The notes below the pieces were generated by a model, which was not told the origin of the DNA, did no database searches, and worked only from the letters and a program-made list of their open reading frames with translations. From positions 54,560,001 through 54,624,000 of the forward strand of contig OX597830.1 in assembly GCA_951406725.2 (NCBI GenBank): a DNA stretch of 64,000 bases, in the 5' to 3' direction. Positions 13,997-24,440 of this stretch are shown here, one piece after another (the first letter of the stretch is position 1; every line of letters begins with the position of its first letter). Origin of the DNA: Octopus vulgaris (lineage: Eukaryota). A program made the position numbers and the translations under genes.

Positions 13997-16900
13997 GGTG
14001 ATACGCTTTGATCATGTGACTTTGAGATGAAAGAAAATTCTTCTTTTCCCAATTTTTTTGCAGGTGGCACGTAACAAGCACCAATCTCATCGTGGCTGTT
14101 GCCAGCCTCGCCTGTGGCATGTAAAAAGCACCCACTACACTCACGGAGTGGTTGGCGTTAGGAAGGGCATCCAGCTGTAGAAACATTGCCAAATCTGACT
14201 GGAGCCTGATGCAGCCTTCTGGCTTCCCAGATCCCGGTCGAACCATCCAACCCATGCTAGCATGGAGAACGGACATTAAATGATGATGATGATCCTATAA
14301 ACGTATTAAAAAAACTGACATGAGATCTAATAATGCCATCTCTTTTCCTTCTCTATCTTTCAGCCATCAACAGGCCTTGTAGACTATGACAAACTCCACG
14401 AACATGCCAAACTATTCCGACCCCGTCTCATTATAGCTGGTACATCTGCTTACTCTCGTTTATTGGATTACAAGCGTTTCAGAGAGGTCAGACATTTTCA
14501 CTTTTAAATTTCTTGACGTTTCATAGTTTGCCAAAGTTTGTGTCCCCTCTTCCCCTTGCCCCTTCCCATGCTTCTTGTCCTCATCTTCTTATCCTTTTTT
14601 CTCTTTTTCCTTGTCTTATTTCTCTTCATCCTCTTCCCTCATCCTCTTCATCTCCTTCCCCGCCTTCCTGTCTCTTCCTCTTCTTATACCTTCCTATCCC
14701 CCTCCTCTTCCTCTACTTTCATAACCCCCTCTCTTTCCTCTACCTTCCTCTACCTTCCTGTCCCCTTTCCTTCCTCTACCTTTTTGTTCCCTTCCTCTAC
14801 CTTCTTGTCCCCTTTCCTTCCTCTATTTTCCTGTCCCTTTTCCTTCCTCTACCTCCCTGTCCCCTTTCCTTCCTCTATTTTCCTGTCCCCTTTTCCTCCT
14901 CTACCTACCTTTCCTCTTCATCTTCCCTCCCCCCTTTCCCAGCCCTCCTTCTCCATCCCCCCCCTTCCAATCTTCCTCTTTTTCTATGATGACCACCTTC
15001 ATTTTACCAATCATTGCTCTTGCAGATATGTGATGACGTCAAGGCCTTGCTGCTGGCTGATATGGCCCACATCTCTGGCTTGGTGGCCGCTGGAGTTATT
15101 CCCAGTCCGTTTGAGTATGCTGACCTTATATCAACCACAACACACAAATCACTCCGAGGACCAAGGTAAGCAGTGCCATTACAGAATTCTTGGTTTCCTT
15201 TTATTACTGATATCCTCTTTATCATTAACATCATTATCATCATCATTATTATCACCATCACTATCATCATTATCATCAACATCATCATCATTAACATCAA
15301 CATCATCATCATTAACATCATCATCATCAACATCATCATTAACATCATCATCATCATCATATTTAACATTAACATCATTATTATCATCATAAGCATTATT
15401 AACCATTGTCGTTATCATTACCACCACCACCATCACTCTCTCCATGACTGTCACCACTGATATCACTACAATCCTCACTGCCATTAATATCGAAGGGAAA
15501 TTTCCATGCAGTAAACGGAAATAACAGCCAAATCTCCCTCAATCGCACATTACCATCTTCAGTGCAAATCCTTTCTAGTATAGGTAAAAGAGCTGAAGTT
15601 TTGGGGGAAGGGCTAGTCGATTTCAGTCCCAGAGCTTGGGTGGTACTTATTTTATCAACCCCTTAAGGATGAAAGCCAAAGATGACTTTGGGCAGAATTT
15701 GAACTTAGAGTGTAAAGACAAACAAAATGTTGCTAACGATTGCCACGTTACCATCCTCAATAATAAGTTGTATTATGTGATCTCTTTTGCACAAAAAGAC
15801 TGGAGGGTCATAATTGGACTGCCCTTAATCAAAGGTCTTCTTGATCAAGAATGACCTTGAGGTAAACGACAGCATGGCTATTGTCATCATCACTATCATC
15901 TGCTCCCTCATCGTCATCATCGTCACTTTGCTCTCAGATAAACTAAACGGTGCAAGCTGAGTTGTCTCCCTTGCTCAGATACACACTACAATGATACTAA
16001 CATTTGAACGCATGACCTATATATATAGCTCTTGTATTTATAGTAAGGTTTGTGAACACACCTCTAAAAAGTCAAGATGGTCATGGTTGGAATAGATCTG
16101 CTTAATCAGAACTGACCTGGAGCACTAAATAACAACAAATTTAGATTAAAATACCAGTGTGTAAAACGTAATATATACAAATATGGAATGGCACTAGCTC
16201 TAATATTATGTTTCAGAAAAACTTCTCAAAGAGACTTTTGCAGTAAGAAAATGACGGAACTTACTCAGAATGTTGTCAGTGGTTTGTTAGACGCAGTGTA
16301 TTTTCACATACAAATCTCTTTGAAAAGTTTCTCTGAAACAAAATATTACAGATAATGCCTTTCCATGTTATATATCATCTTGATACTTATTCCTTTTACT
16401 GCCCACAAGGGGACAAACAGGGACAAACAAGGGATTAAGTCGATTACATCGACCGCAGTACGTAACTGGTACTTAATTTAGTGACTCCGAAAGGATGAAA
16501 GGCAAAGTCAACCTCGGCGGAATTTGAACTCAGAACGTGGTGGCGGACGTAATACCTATTTCTTTACTACCCACAAGGGGCTAAACACAGAAGGGACAAA
16601 CAAGGACAGACAAACGGATTAAGCCAATTACACTAACCCCAATACGTAACTGGTACTTAATTTATTGATCCTGAAAGGATGAAAGGCAAAGTCGTCCTCG
16701 GCGGAATTTGAACTCAGAACGCAGCGGTGGACGAAATACCACAAAGCATTTCGCCTGGCGTGCTAACGTTTCTGCCAGATAGCCACCTTTCAACTTGATA
16801 CTGTGTGGACTGGGCTCCCTGTTGACAGGACTTTGATATTAAATGGATTGTTAAGCACTAATCGTATGCAAATTAGTGGCTCTAATTCTCTGAAGCTGGT

Positions 16901-19900
16901 GGATTTGATGTATACAAACAGATTGGCCACTCATTTCTTTGGGATTGGTTTCTAATGTAGACACCTGATGAGAAGTCAATAAGATTTCAAATTCTATTCT
17001 GGCTGTTCATTGTTTTGTTCAACCTACAGAAAAATGAGTCTAATTTGACATGCTTGTATATCTACTATGATGGTTTATGTGTGTGTGTTACGTTATTATA
17101 TCTATAGATCTCAGCTAACAGTATGTAACAGACAGATGTATACATCTTGTCTTTATAAACAGTATCTATGGTATCATTGAAACAAACCATCATTAAAGAA
17201 CCAGTAATTTAATAATAAAAAAAAAGACAATAATCCTTTGCTTTATAATCATTGGAAAACTATTTTAATCTTTTTGATATCCTCCTGTTTGAAACTCTCT
17301 CTGGTTCCAGGATACAAACTTCTTCTAAAGTTATTTACATTAAAGTCCTTTCATAAAAATTTCACTGTGATTTTATGTTCCAAAAACTAACTTAATGACA
17401 GAACTGTTCTACTAAATTCTTCATTGTTTTGAAAAGTAATTGAAACAGAGGCAGTGTATTTCAACAGAAATCATCATCATCATCATTTAATGTCCGCTTT
17501 CCATACTGGCATGGGTTGGACTGTTTGACTGGGGACTGGCAAGCCAAGTAGGCTGCACCAGACTCCAATCTGATCTGGCAAGGTTTCTACAGCTGGATGC
17601 CCCTTCCTAATGCCAACCACTCCGAGGGTGAAGTGGGTGCTTTTTACATGCCACCGGCATGGGAGCCAGTCAGATGGCACTGGCATTGACCACATTTGGA
17701 TGGTGCTTTTTATGTGCCACTGGCACAGGAGCCAGTCGGGGTGGTTGGCATCGACCACATTTGGAAGGTGCTGAAAAAGGTTAAAAGATTAAAACGAAAT
17801 GAATTCTTTGGAATATTGTCAAAGCTTTGTTTTAATTTTGTAAATTTTCCATAATTTGTTTTGTTTTGTTTTGTACCATCTGCAGGTCTGGAATGATATT
17901 TTATCGTAAAGGTGTGAAATCTGTAAATAAAAAAACTGGAGAAATTAAGATGTATGATTTAGAGACCAAGGTAAACAATGCTGTATTTCCTGCTTTACAA
18001 GGTGGGCCTCATCAGAACCAAATTGGAGCATTGGCTGTTGCACTCAAACAGGTGATGAACAAATTATAACTTATTTCTTGCTTATACGTGTCATTGTTTG
18101 GGAAAAGTATATTATTTCATGTTGATCATCATCATCATCATCATCATCATCGTTTAATGTCCGCTTTCCATGCTAGCATGGGTTGGACGATTTGACTGAG
18201 GGCTGGCGAACCAGATGGCTGAGCCAGGCTCCAATCTTGATCTGGCAGAGTTTCTACAGCTGGATGCCCTTCCTAACACCAACCACTCCGAGAGTGTAGT
18301 GGGTGCTTTTTACATGCCACCGGCACGGGGACCAGTCAGGTGGTACTGACAACGACCTCGCTCGAATCTTTTTACACATGTCACCAGCACAGGTGCCAGT
18401 AAGGTGACGTTGGTAACGATCACGCTCGAATGGTGCCCTTTTATGTGCCACTGGCACGGAAGCCAGCTGGCTGCTCTGGCAACGATCACGCTTGGATGGT
18501 GGAATTATTTTAACCCTTTAGCATTCAGATTGTTTTGTCAAAAGTAATACCTATTCAAATTGTTTTGAATTATCCATACATTATCTTATGGCTTTGATAT
18601 TTTGATGGTAATTGTTTACTTCTACACTGACATTGTAGGACAGGTGTGAGAGGCCAGATCTGGTTGGTTTGAACATAAAACAGAATATTTAGGTCGGGTA
18701 TGACTGGTTTAAATGCTAAAGGGTTAAATTGTTGCTGTAACTGTTATTGTTGGCTTCCATTACATGGTTCTTCAGGACTTGAGGGTTCTCCTTGCCTCCT
18801 CACCCTTTCAGGACTTAATTCCACTTGGCATGAAACCAAGCTGGCTCTATATCTTTGTAATATAGCTGGTTGTATGTGTGTGTGTTTGTGTGTTTGTTTT
18901 GAAGCAATGGTGGTGTTTCCTGTGTGTAGGACGGCAAAGTTCTGATTTAGCTTTTTGGTTTTTGTGATGTTGCTTTGAGCAGAGTGAAGTTTTGCTGACC
19001 GTGTCTTGGACCAGTGTGGGTCAGATGTTCTTGGACAGTGCTTGTTCATGTGTGCATCCAATTCCTCATAAATTGTTCTCACCAATATCCTAAATTACCA
19101 TCATCATATTTAATTTTCCTTTTATATATTTTAACTTTGTTTTATCATTTTCAATATGTATAAGTTAATCATATCTGCTGTCATTACAAAGAGCATGGAT
19201 ATGCTAATTATTTTATAATTAATTAATCAATTCTGTTTCAGGCCATGGATCCAGAATTCAAGGACTATCAAGTTCAAGTGATGAAAAATGCCAAAACTCT
19301 TGCTAAATGTCTAAATGCAAAAGGCTACAAACTAGTCTCAGGTTTGTATTTGTTTGTTGTTGAACTTGATTGAGTAGACCTTGGGGTCAGTGTCATTCCA
19401 GCTGTGACCTGGTTTTTGTTTTCTTCTAGACATGGTGTACTCTGATTACATTATCCAATGTGCTCTCTCTTTGTTCTTCTTTTAAGATGGTAAGGTGTGA
19501 TTTGAGGGAAATTTGGCTGCTATTTCTTTTATGACTTCATTGCTTTCAGGCTTAGCTTAAGGTATTTTCGCGCCCGACATAAAAAAAATGCGTCTGAATA
19601 AACATTGCAGGACAGCAAATAGAGACTCGGACATTGCTTAGAAAATATTTTTCATTTTTAACCTCGTATATAGCACTCACTAGGAATTTTGACCTTTAAA
19701 TTTTGGGGAAAAAATGCGGATATTACTCGAGGATTTACAGTTATTGGTATTGAGGTTGACTGGTAAGTGACTCTTACATGGTTCAAATCTAGCCATAAGA
19801 CTTATTCTTGTCTGTCTCTAATTGACAATTACAATATCTAATCATATTTAATCCCTACTTTTACAGATGGTACTGATAACCATTTAGTTTTGGTGGATAT

Positions 19901-22900
19901 GAAATCTAAAGGAATTGATGGCGCCAGATCTGAGAGGATCCTAGAACTGAGTGGTATTACAACCAACAAAAATACCTGCCCAGGAGACAAGAGTGCTATG
20001 GTACCAGGAGGAATTAGATTAGGTAAAGTTCTCTTTGATTTGCACACTACAATCCCAACCTCTCCTATGTATCTTTTTTTTTTTTTTTTAATGCTTTTAT
20101 GGTAAAGTCATATGGCCTAGTGGTTAGGGTGTTGCACTCATTATCCAGAAGGTCATGGTTTCAATTCCTTGACTGGGCAGTGCATTGTTTACTCTACACA
20201 AAACACTTAATTTCATGTTGATTCAGTTCACTCAGAAATTCCAAAAGCTGGAATTAAACCCTGCAACTGATTGACATCCCATTCAGAGGGAAGTGTTGTA
20301 ATCTTAGTTATTTGCTATGTAAACTGGATCGACTCCTAACCAACTGAGTCCTTGGGTTCATGACAAACCTAAGTCTATGTCTGTTTTTATGAATTGGTCA
20401 TTCAGAAGAATGAGCTCTCGTACCTTCAGTTTTTGTGGGCCTCAATCTTGGACTTGTGAGATTGATGTGGTTGATGATGTCTGAACATTGCCAGAGTCAA
20501 TGTTGGCAGGAGAAGGAATTTCAGAGGGTTTCTAGTGCCAGGGAAGAAAATGGGTTCAATGCAGAATATGAGGTTTTGAGACGTAGTTTAGAGGACAAGA
20601 GAAAGGGAGAGGAGTGTGTCTATGTGAGGATGGAAGAAATATGCTGGTGTCTAGTTCAGAGAAATAGTAGTTGTAGTAGTGGTAGAAAAGACAAGGAGCT
20701 GAAGCAGAAAGTCTGTGATCTAGAGATATTCTAGTTCATTGGTGATGGAGGGGAAGGTTTATTTACCAATCAACTGAATTGCCTTTTTGTTGTAGCTGTT
20801 TAGCCCGAGGTCATTCCTGATTGAGCCAACTTTTGATCAAAGGCATTCTAACCATGACAATCCCATTTTTTTCTGCTAGGGAACTTTGGACTACATTATC
20901 CAACGTGTCCTTTACTAATATAGTTGATGTGATTTAAAGGAGATTTGGCTGCTATTTCTAGCATGCTGAGCCATCACATAGAAGTTAAATCATTGGCTTA
21001 CTTGGATGTGATCTACAATGGTTGTATGAAACTGTAGTTGCAATATCACAGTAATGTGAGTGGTCAAGGATATCTATGTATGTAGTTGCAGTACTTAAAT
21101 GTGAGTTACCACTTGAGTACTTTTTAGCTATGAAGAAGGAGCACAGGTTTTTTGAGGGTCGTCAGTTTTGCTGATGTGTATGTAGGTCAGGAGAGATCAT
21201 CAGAAATTGTCAGTATTAGTCTTTATCCCTTTCGTTACTGAATTTATTTTGAGATGCTCTGCATTTTTTTCAATTACTTTAAATATAACAAAGAGTTTAG
21301 TAAAATAACTTAGTTCAGCTAGTGTTAGGAACATAAATTGTGATTAAGGTTTGGTGGAAGATTTTAATTCAAAACTTATGAAAACAAGACATTTGTACTC
21401 AGAGCCAGAGCCGGTTTCAGCCGGGTTGGTAACAAAAGGGTTATAGGAGCCTCGAAATCTATATTTGTGTGATTTCTATATGTGATGTAACTTTTAATGA
21501 GTCACTGGGTCACTGTTGAGAATTGTCTTTACATTGGTTCAGTGTTTGAGAAGGGGAAATAACACAAAATATTGGTGTGTCACCTCACTACTTTCAGTAT
21601 TACTAGATTAACCTATCTTGATGGTGCTAAGTGACTGACAAATAATCTCATGAAAATATAATAGTGTTGTTTATTAACAGAAACAATTTCTAGCATCTAA
21701 TTTGAGATGGAATAGTTGGTACTATTATTGCCTGGTAAGTGATTGACAGTGGGCTAAATTTTCATCAAGTCCATTGATCTTTTTCTGTCTCAAATTAGTG
21801 ATTATAATTATCTAATATAAAAATCTTGTTAATTTCTAAATTATAATGATCAAATATTTGTTGATTCGATCTGTCCCCATCTCATAAAAGAACAGGTTTA
21901 TAAATGAATAACTGACAACATTTTGAGTTCAAAGTTCAATAATGTTGACTTCGACTTTTCATTATTTTGAGGTCGTTAAACTAAAGTAACAATCAAGGAT
22001 TTAGTTATGGTGTATTATGTTCTGGGTTCAAATTCTATCAAGATATTACATTTTAATCCTCGATAAAATAATGTACTGGGGTTCATTTGATATTCTTATA
22101 AGCTACCCAAAATGTATACGGACTCACAATAGAAGACTACTTTTTGATTTTGTAATATTTCTTCAGGAACACCAGCATTAACATCAAGAGGATTTAAAGA
22201 AGAAGATTTTGAGTTGGTAGTTGATTTCTTTGACCAGGCCATTCAGCTGGGGCAAGAAGTAAAGAAGAAGACCAGTGAGTTGGCCATGTTTTATGTTTGT
22301 GTATAGCGTATAGATATGTGTGTGTATTTGAGACTGGACATTGAGAAGTGGGTCAGTGAGTTGGCCTATATTGTATGAAAATTTATAATGTGTTGCTATG
22401 TGTGATACAGTTTGGTTTGGATGTTAAGAAGACCAGAAAGTCACTTATAGGTATGTGCGAGTGTATCATCATCATCATCATTTAACGTCCGTTTTCCATG
22501 CTAGCATGGGTTGGACGGTTCAACTAGGGTCTGGAAGCCATGGAGACTACACCAGGCTCTAGTCTGATTTGGCCGTGTTTCTACAGCTGGATGCCCTTTC
22601 TAATGCCAACCACTCCGTGAGTGTAGTGGGTGTTTTTTACATGCCACCGGCACAGGGGCCAGGGTAGGCTGGCAAACGGCCACGATCGGTTGGTGCTTTT
22701 ATGTGTCACCGACACGGATGCCAGTCAGGCAGCGCAGGCATCTGCCACGTTCAGATGGTGCTTTTTACATGTCACCGGCACAGGTGTCTTAACTACAATT
22801 TCCATTTGAATTTTTATTTTGATGTTGATGTACTTGACTCAATAGGTCTCCTCAAGAACAACGGGTCACTCTACGATCCAAGGTTAGCACAGCAGGCTGT

Positions 22901-23725
22901 CCTGCAAGCCATGAACTGTATATGTAATCATATTTTGAAGTTGGTCCATATTTTGTGTGTGTGGATGTGTGTGTGTGTTTTTGACTGAGGTACATTTGGG
23001 TTTGGAAATTAAGAGAAACAGTACATTTGTTATATTTTATGCATGTATATTGTGTGTGCATGTCTTGTGTATCCATATTATAAGTTGGTCCATATTTTAT
23101 GAATGTATATATAATGTAGGTGTATGTGTATAGGTGTCTGTGCTTGACTGTGCTAATAATAAAACCAGTAAGTTTGTAACACAATAAACACACACACACA
23201 CAACTATACCTTATACACATGCATACAATTTCATTTGGATGCTCTGTCCAAATGACCAAAAGCTGGTTATATCATACATATGTATATATGTGTGGGTGGG
23301 TGGTTGAGGGAACCTTCAAAAGTTCTGAACAGATAATATCTTCTTGCAGGAGTTGCTGCATATAGTTTTGCTCCCATCCTATTGACAAAATTATGTTGTC
23401 CTCAAAATTTCATGTGTCGACTTAGTACCAAGATCTTCCCAAATAAAAGCCTGCTTGGGGTGGCTTACTATGTAGTGTTGGTAGAGTGCAATATTGATGT
23501 ACTGCAAAGGTGTCACTATAGTGTCGTGTCAGTTGAGGCTGGGCAAAAGATGCATTGAGAGGAAGTTTTATTATTTTTTATTTATTTATTCTTGTTTCAG
23601 AAAACCTGAAGGAGTACCGGGCATTTTTATTGGAAAATGAAGACATTAAAAAGAAAATTGAACATCTTGAATCTGAAGTGAAACGATTTTCAGGATCTTT
23701 CCCAATGCCTGGGAGAGATTTATAG
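6156..23725 (+). CDS. SHMT2: Serine hydroxymethyltransferase, mitochondrial type; spliced gene with 11 coding exons in the window (1464 nt, 487 aa plus stop); first ATG exon missing
   Basis: Joined exons translate without stops and carry the SHMT motifs [75 protein letters not shown] (PLP lysine), [35 protein letters not shown] and FPMPG. The N-terminal extension with WTGQE and the 80-nt exon 3 fit SHMT2 rather than SHMT1. Internal exon sizes (80/201/82/123/140/166/100/156/108) match human SHMT2 as I recall it; this was not checked. Confidence 0.95.
7070..7390 (-). mobile_element. tRNA-derived SINE with a gtgttcttgagcaagacacttta central domain (V/CORE-like)
   Basis: B-box-like gagttcgattcc on the minus strand. 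Related heads lie near 5810-5970(+), 13810-13950(-), 20110-20370(+), 25330-25470(+) and 27525-27640(+). Confidence 0.6.
7640..7719 (+). CDS. SHMT2: SHMT2 coding exon ([27 protein letters not shown])
   Basis: Acceptor ttctgtag, donor gtgagt; 80 nt. Confidence 0.95.
9311..9650 (-). mobile_element. SINE-like retroposon with an RTE-type (GAT)n tail and internal gtggcacgtaaaaagcacc repeats (family R)
   Basis: Tail ...aacccatgctagcatggaaagcagacgttaaacgatgatgatg on the minus strand, shared with many copies in the window. Confidence 0.8.
11185..11385 (+). CDS. SHMT2: SHMT2 coding exon ([12 protein letters not shown]...[11 protein letters not shown])
   Basis: Acceptor ctttgcag, donor gtatgt; 201 nt; overlaps ORF 11165..11470. 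Confidence 0.96.
11515..11960. repeat. Intronic minisatellite, 26-bp unit with a 52-bp dimer (gtgtatttgtgtgcatatgtttgtgc / gtgtattcatgtgtgtatgtttgtgc)
   Basis: About four near-perfect 52-bp dimers that decay towards the 3' end. Confidence 0.9.
13166..13247 (+). CDS. SHMT2: SHMT2 coding exon ([27 protein letters not shown])
   Basis: Acceptor tctttcag, donor gtgagt; 82 nt. Confidence 0.96.
13490..13995 (-). mobile_element. Degenerate Helitron-like element, minus strand
   Basis: Minus strand reads CCCTGGCAACGCTGGG-ATGCATTG-CTAG, matching the hairpin-plus-CTAG end of the 1161-2227 Helitrons. The 5' end is uncertain (TA tract near 13962-13994). Confidence 0.5.
14061..14294 (+). mobile_element. 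Family R retroposon copy
   Basis: gtggcacg...ggcgttaggaagggcatccagctgtagaaac...gacattaaatgatgatgat. Confidence 0.82.
14364..14486 (+). CDS. SHMT2: SHMT2 coding exon ([41 protein letters not shown])
   Basis: Acceptor tctttcag, donor gtcaga; 123 nt. Confidence 0.95.
15026..15165 (+). CDS. SHMT2: SHMT2 coding exon with the PLP-binding lysine ([47 protein letters not shown])
   Basis: Acceptor cttgcag, donor gtaagc; 140 nt. Confidence 0.96.
16182..16367. mobile_element. Old foldback/MITE-like inverted repeat, arms about 55 bp
   Basis: tatggaatggcactagctctaatattatgtttcagaaaaacttctcaaagaga pairs with tctctttgaaaagtttctctgaaacaaaatattacagataatgcctttccatg. Confidence 0.65.
16388..16790 (-). mobile_element. 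Tandem pair of family M SINEs
   Basis: Two consecutive copies homologous to 301-533; flanking cttgatact duplication. Confidence 0.82.
17471..17772 (-). mobile_element. Family R retroposon copy
   Basis: catcatcatttaatgtccgctttccatactggcatggg...; internal ggtgctttttacatgccac repeats. Confidence 0.8.
17886..18051 (+). CDS. SHMT2: SHMT2 coding exon (SGMIFYRKG...[22 protein letters not shown])
   Basis: Acceptor atctgcag, donor gtgatg; 166 nt. Confidence 0.95.
18126..18500 (-). mobile_element. Family R retroposon copy
   Basis: Same tail and internal repeats as 9311-9650. Confidence 0.82.
18514..18723. mobile_element. piggyBac-like MITE
   Basis: TTAA|CCCTTTAGCATT ... AATGCTAAAGGG|TTAA (terminal inverted repeats plus TTAA TSD). 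Confidence 0.85.
19242..19341 (+). CDS. SHMT2: SHMT2 coding exon ([33 protein letters not shown])
   Basis: Acceptor tgtttcag, donor gtttgt; 100 nt. Confidence 0.94.
19867..20022 (+). CDS. SHMT2: SHMT2 coding exon ([52 protein letters not shown])
   Basis: Acceptor ttttacag, donor gtaaag; 156 nt. Confidence 0.96.
20450..21215 (-). pseudogene. Highly decayed CR1/L2-type LINE 3' remnant
   Basis: Minus-strand ISDDLS(W) and SLDHR...FFP...INHINL-like C-terminal motifs, with many frameshifts. Confidence 0.4.
21227..21440. mobile_element. piggyBac-like MITE with a TTAT target duplication
   Basis: TTAT|CCCTTTCGTTAC ... GTAACAAAAGGG|TTAT. Confidence 0.78.
22167..22274 (+). CDS. SHMT2: SHMT2 coding exon ([36 protein letters not shown])
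   Basis: Acceptor ttcttcag, donor gtgagt; 108 nt. Confidence 0.95.
22464..22920 (-). mobile_element. Family R retroposon copy
   Basis: Same tail and internal repeats; near reverse complement of 29856-30197. Confidence 0.8.
23601..23725 (+). CDS. SHMT2: SHMT2 last coding exon ([41 protein letters not shown])
   Basis: Acceptor ttgtttcag; C-terminal FPMPG motif followed by TAG at 23723-23725. Confidence 0.94.
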
Positions 23726-23889
23726 TATATTGCAATTCTTGGAGGAAGAATTTATCATCAAAGCGAAAATAATTGAGTGTAGCTATTTGGAAGAGTTTCG
23801 CTGGTTAACCAACTTAGTTCTTACAGAGGTGCTACATTGCATGGATAAATTGTTTACAGTATTCCATTATCTGACACTATTAATTCATG

Positions 23890-24440
23890 TACTTTACCTG
23901 TTTTGCCTACCTGTTTACCTGTCCACCTTACTCTATCTCTGCTTGCTTGCCTACCTACCTATCTTTTCCATATCTATCTTGCTATCTGCCTTACTATTGA
24001 CTTATCTATATACCTGCCTGCTTACCTACCTATGTATTTGCTTGCCTACATACATACCTGTCTTTTTACTTGCCTCCTTGCCTGCCTTACCTGCATAGTC
24101 TTCTTACCTGCTTACACTTCTTCCTACCTACCAAACTTTCCTTTCTATTTGTCTGTCTGTATCTTCTTACCTACCTGTATATCACTCTACCTATCAGCAC
24201 ACCTGCATACTGTTTTACCTATCTACTTGCATATATTTGTCTACCAGCCTTCCTCACTACTTGCTTATCAACCTGCCTAATTAAGTATCTCTCTACCTGT
24301 TTAGTTACTTACCTTTCTACATATCTGCTTGCTTACCTACCTGTCAATTTGCTTATCTACCTACTTCTTACCTACACACTATTTTATGTATCTACCTGTC
24401 TACTTAATTATACTCTTCCTACTTCTCTATCTACCAGAAA
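23890..24440 (+). repeat. Degenerate tetranucleotide tract (CTAC/CTGC/TTAC/CTAT) in the probable SHMT2 3' UTR
   Basis: 4-nt periodicity starting about 170 nt after the stop codon. Confidence 0.8.
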
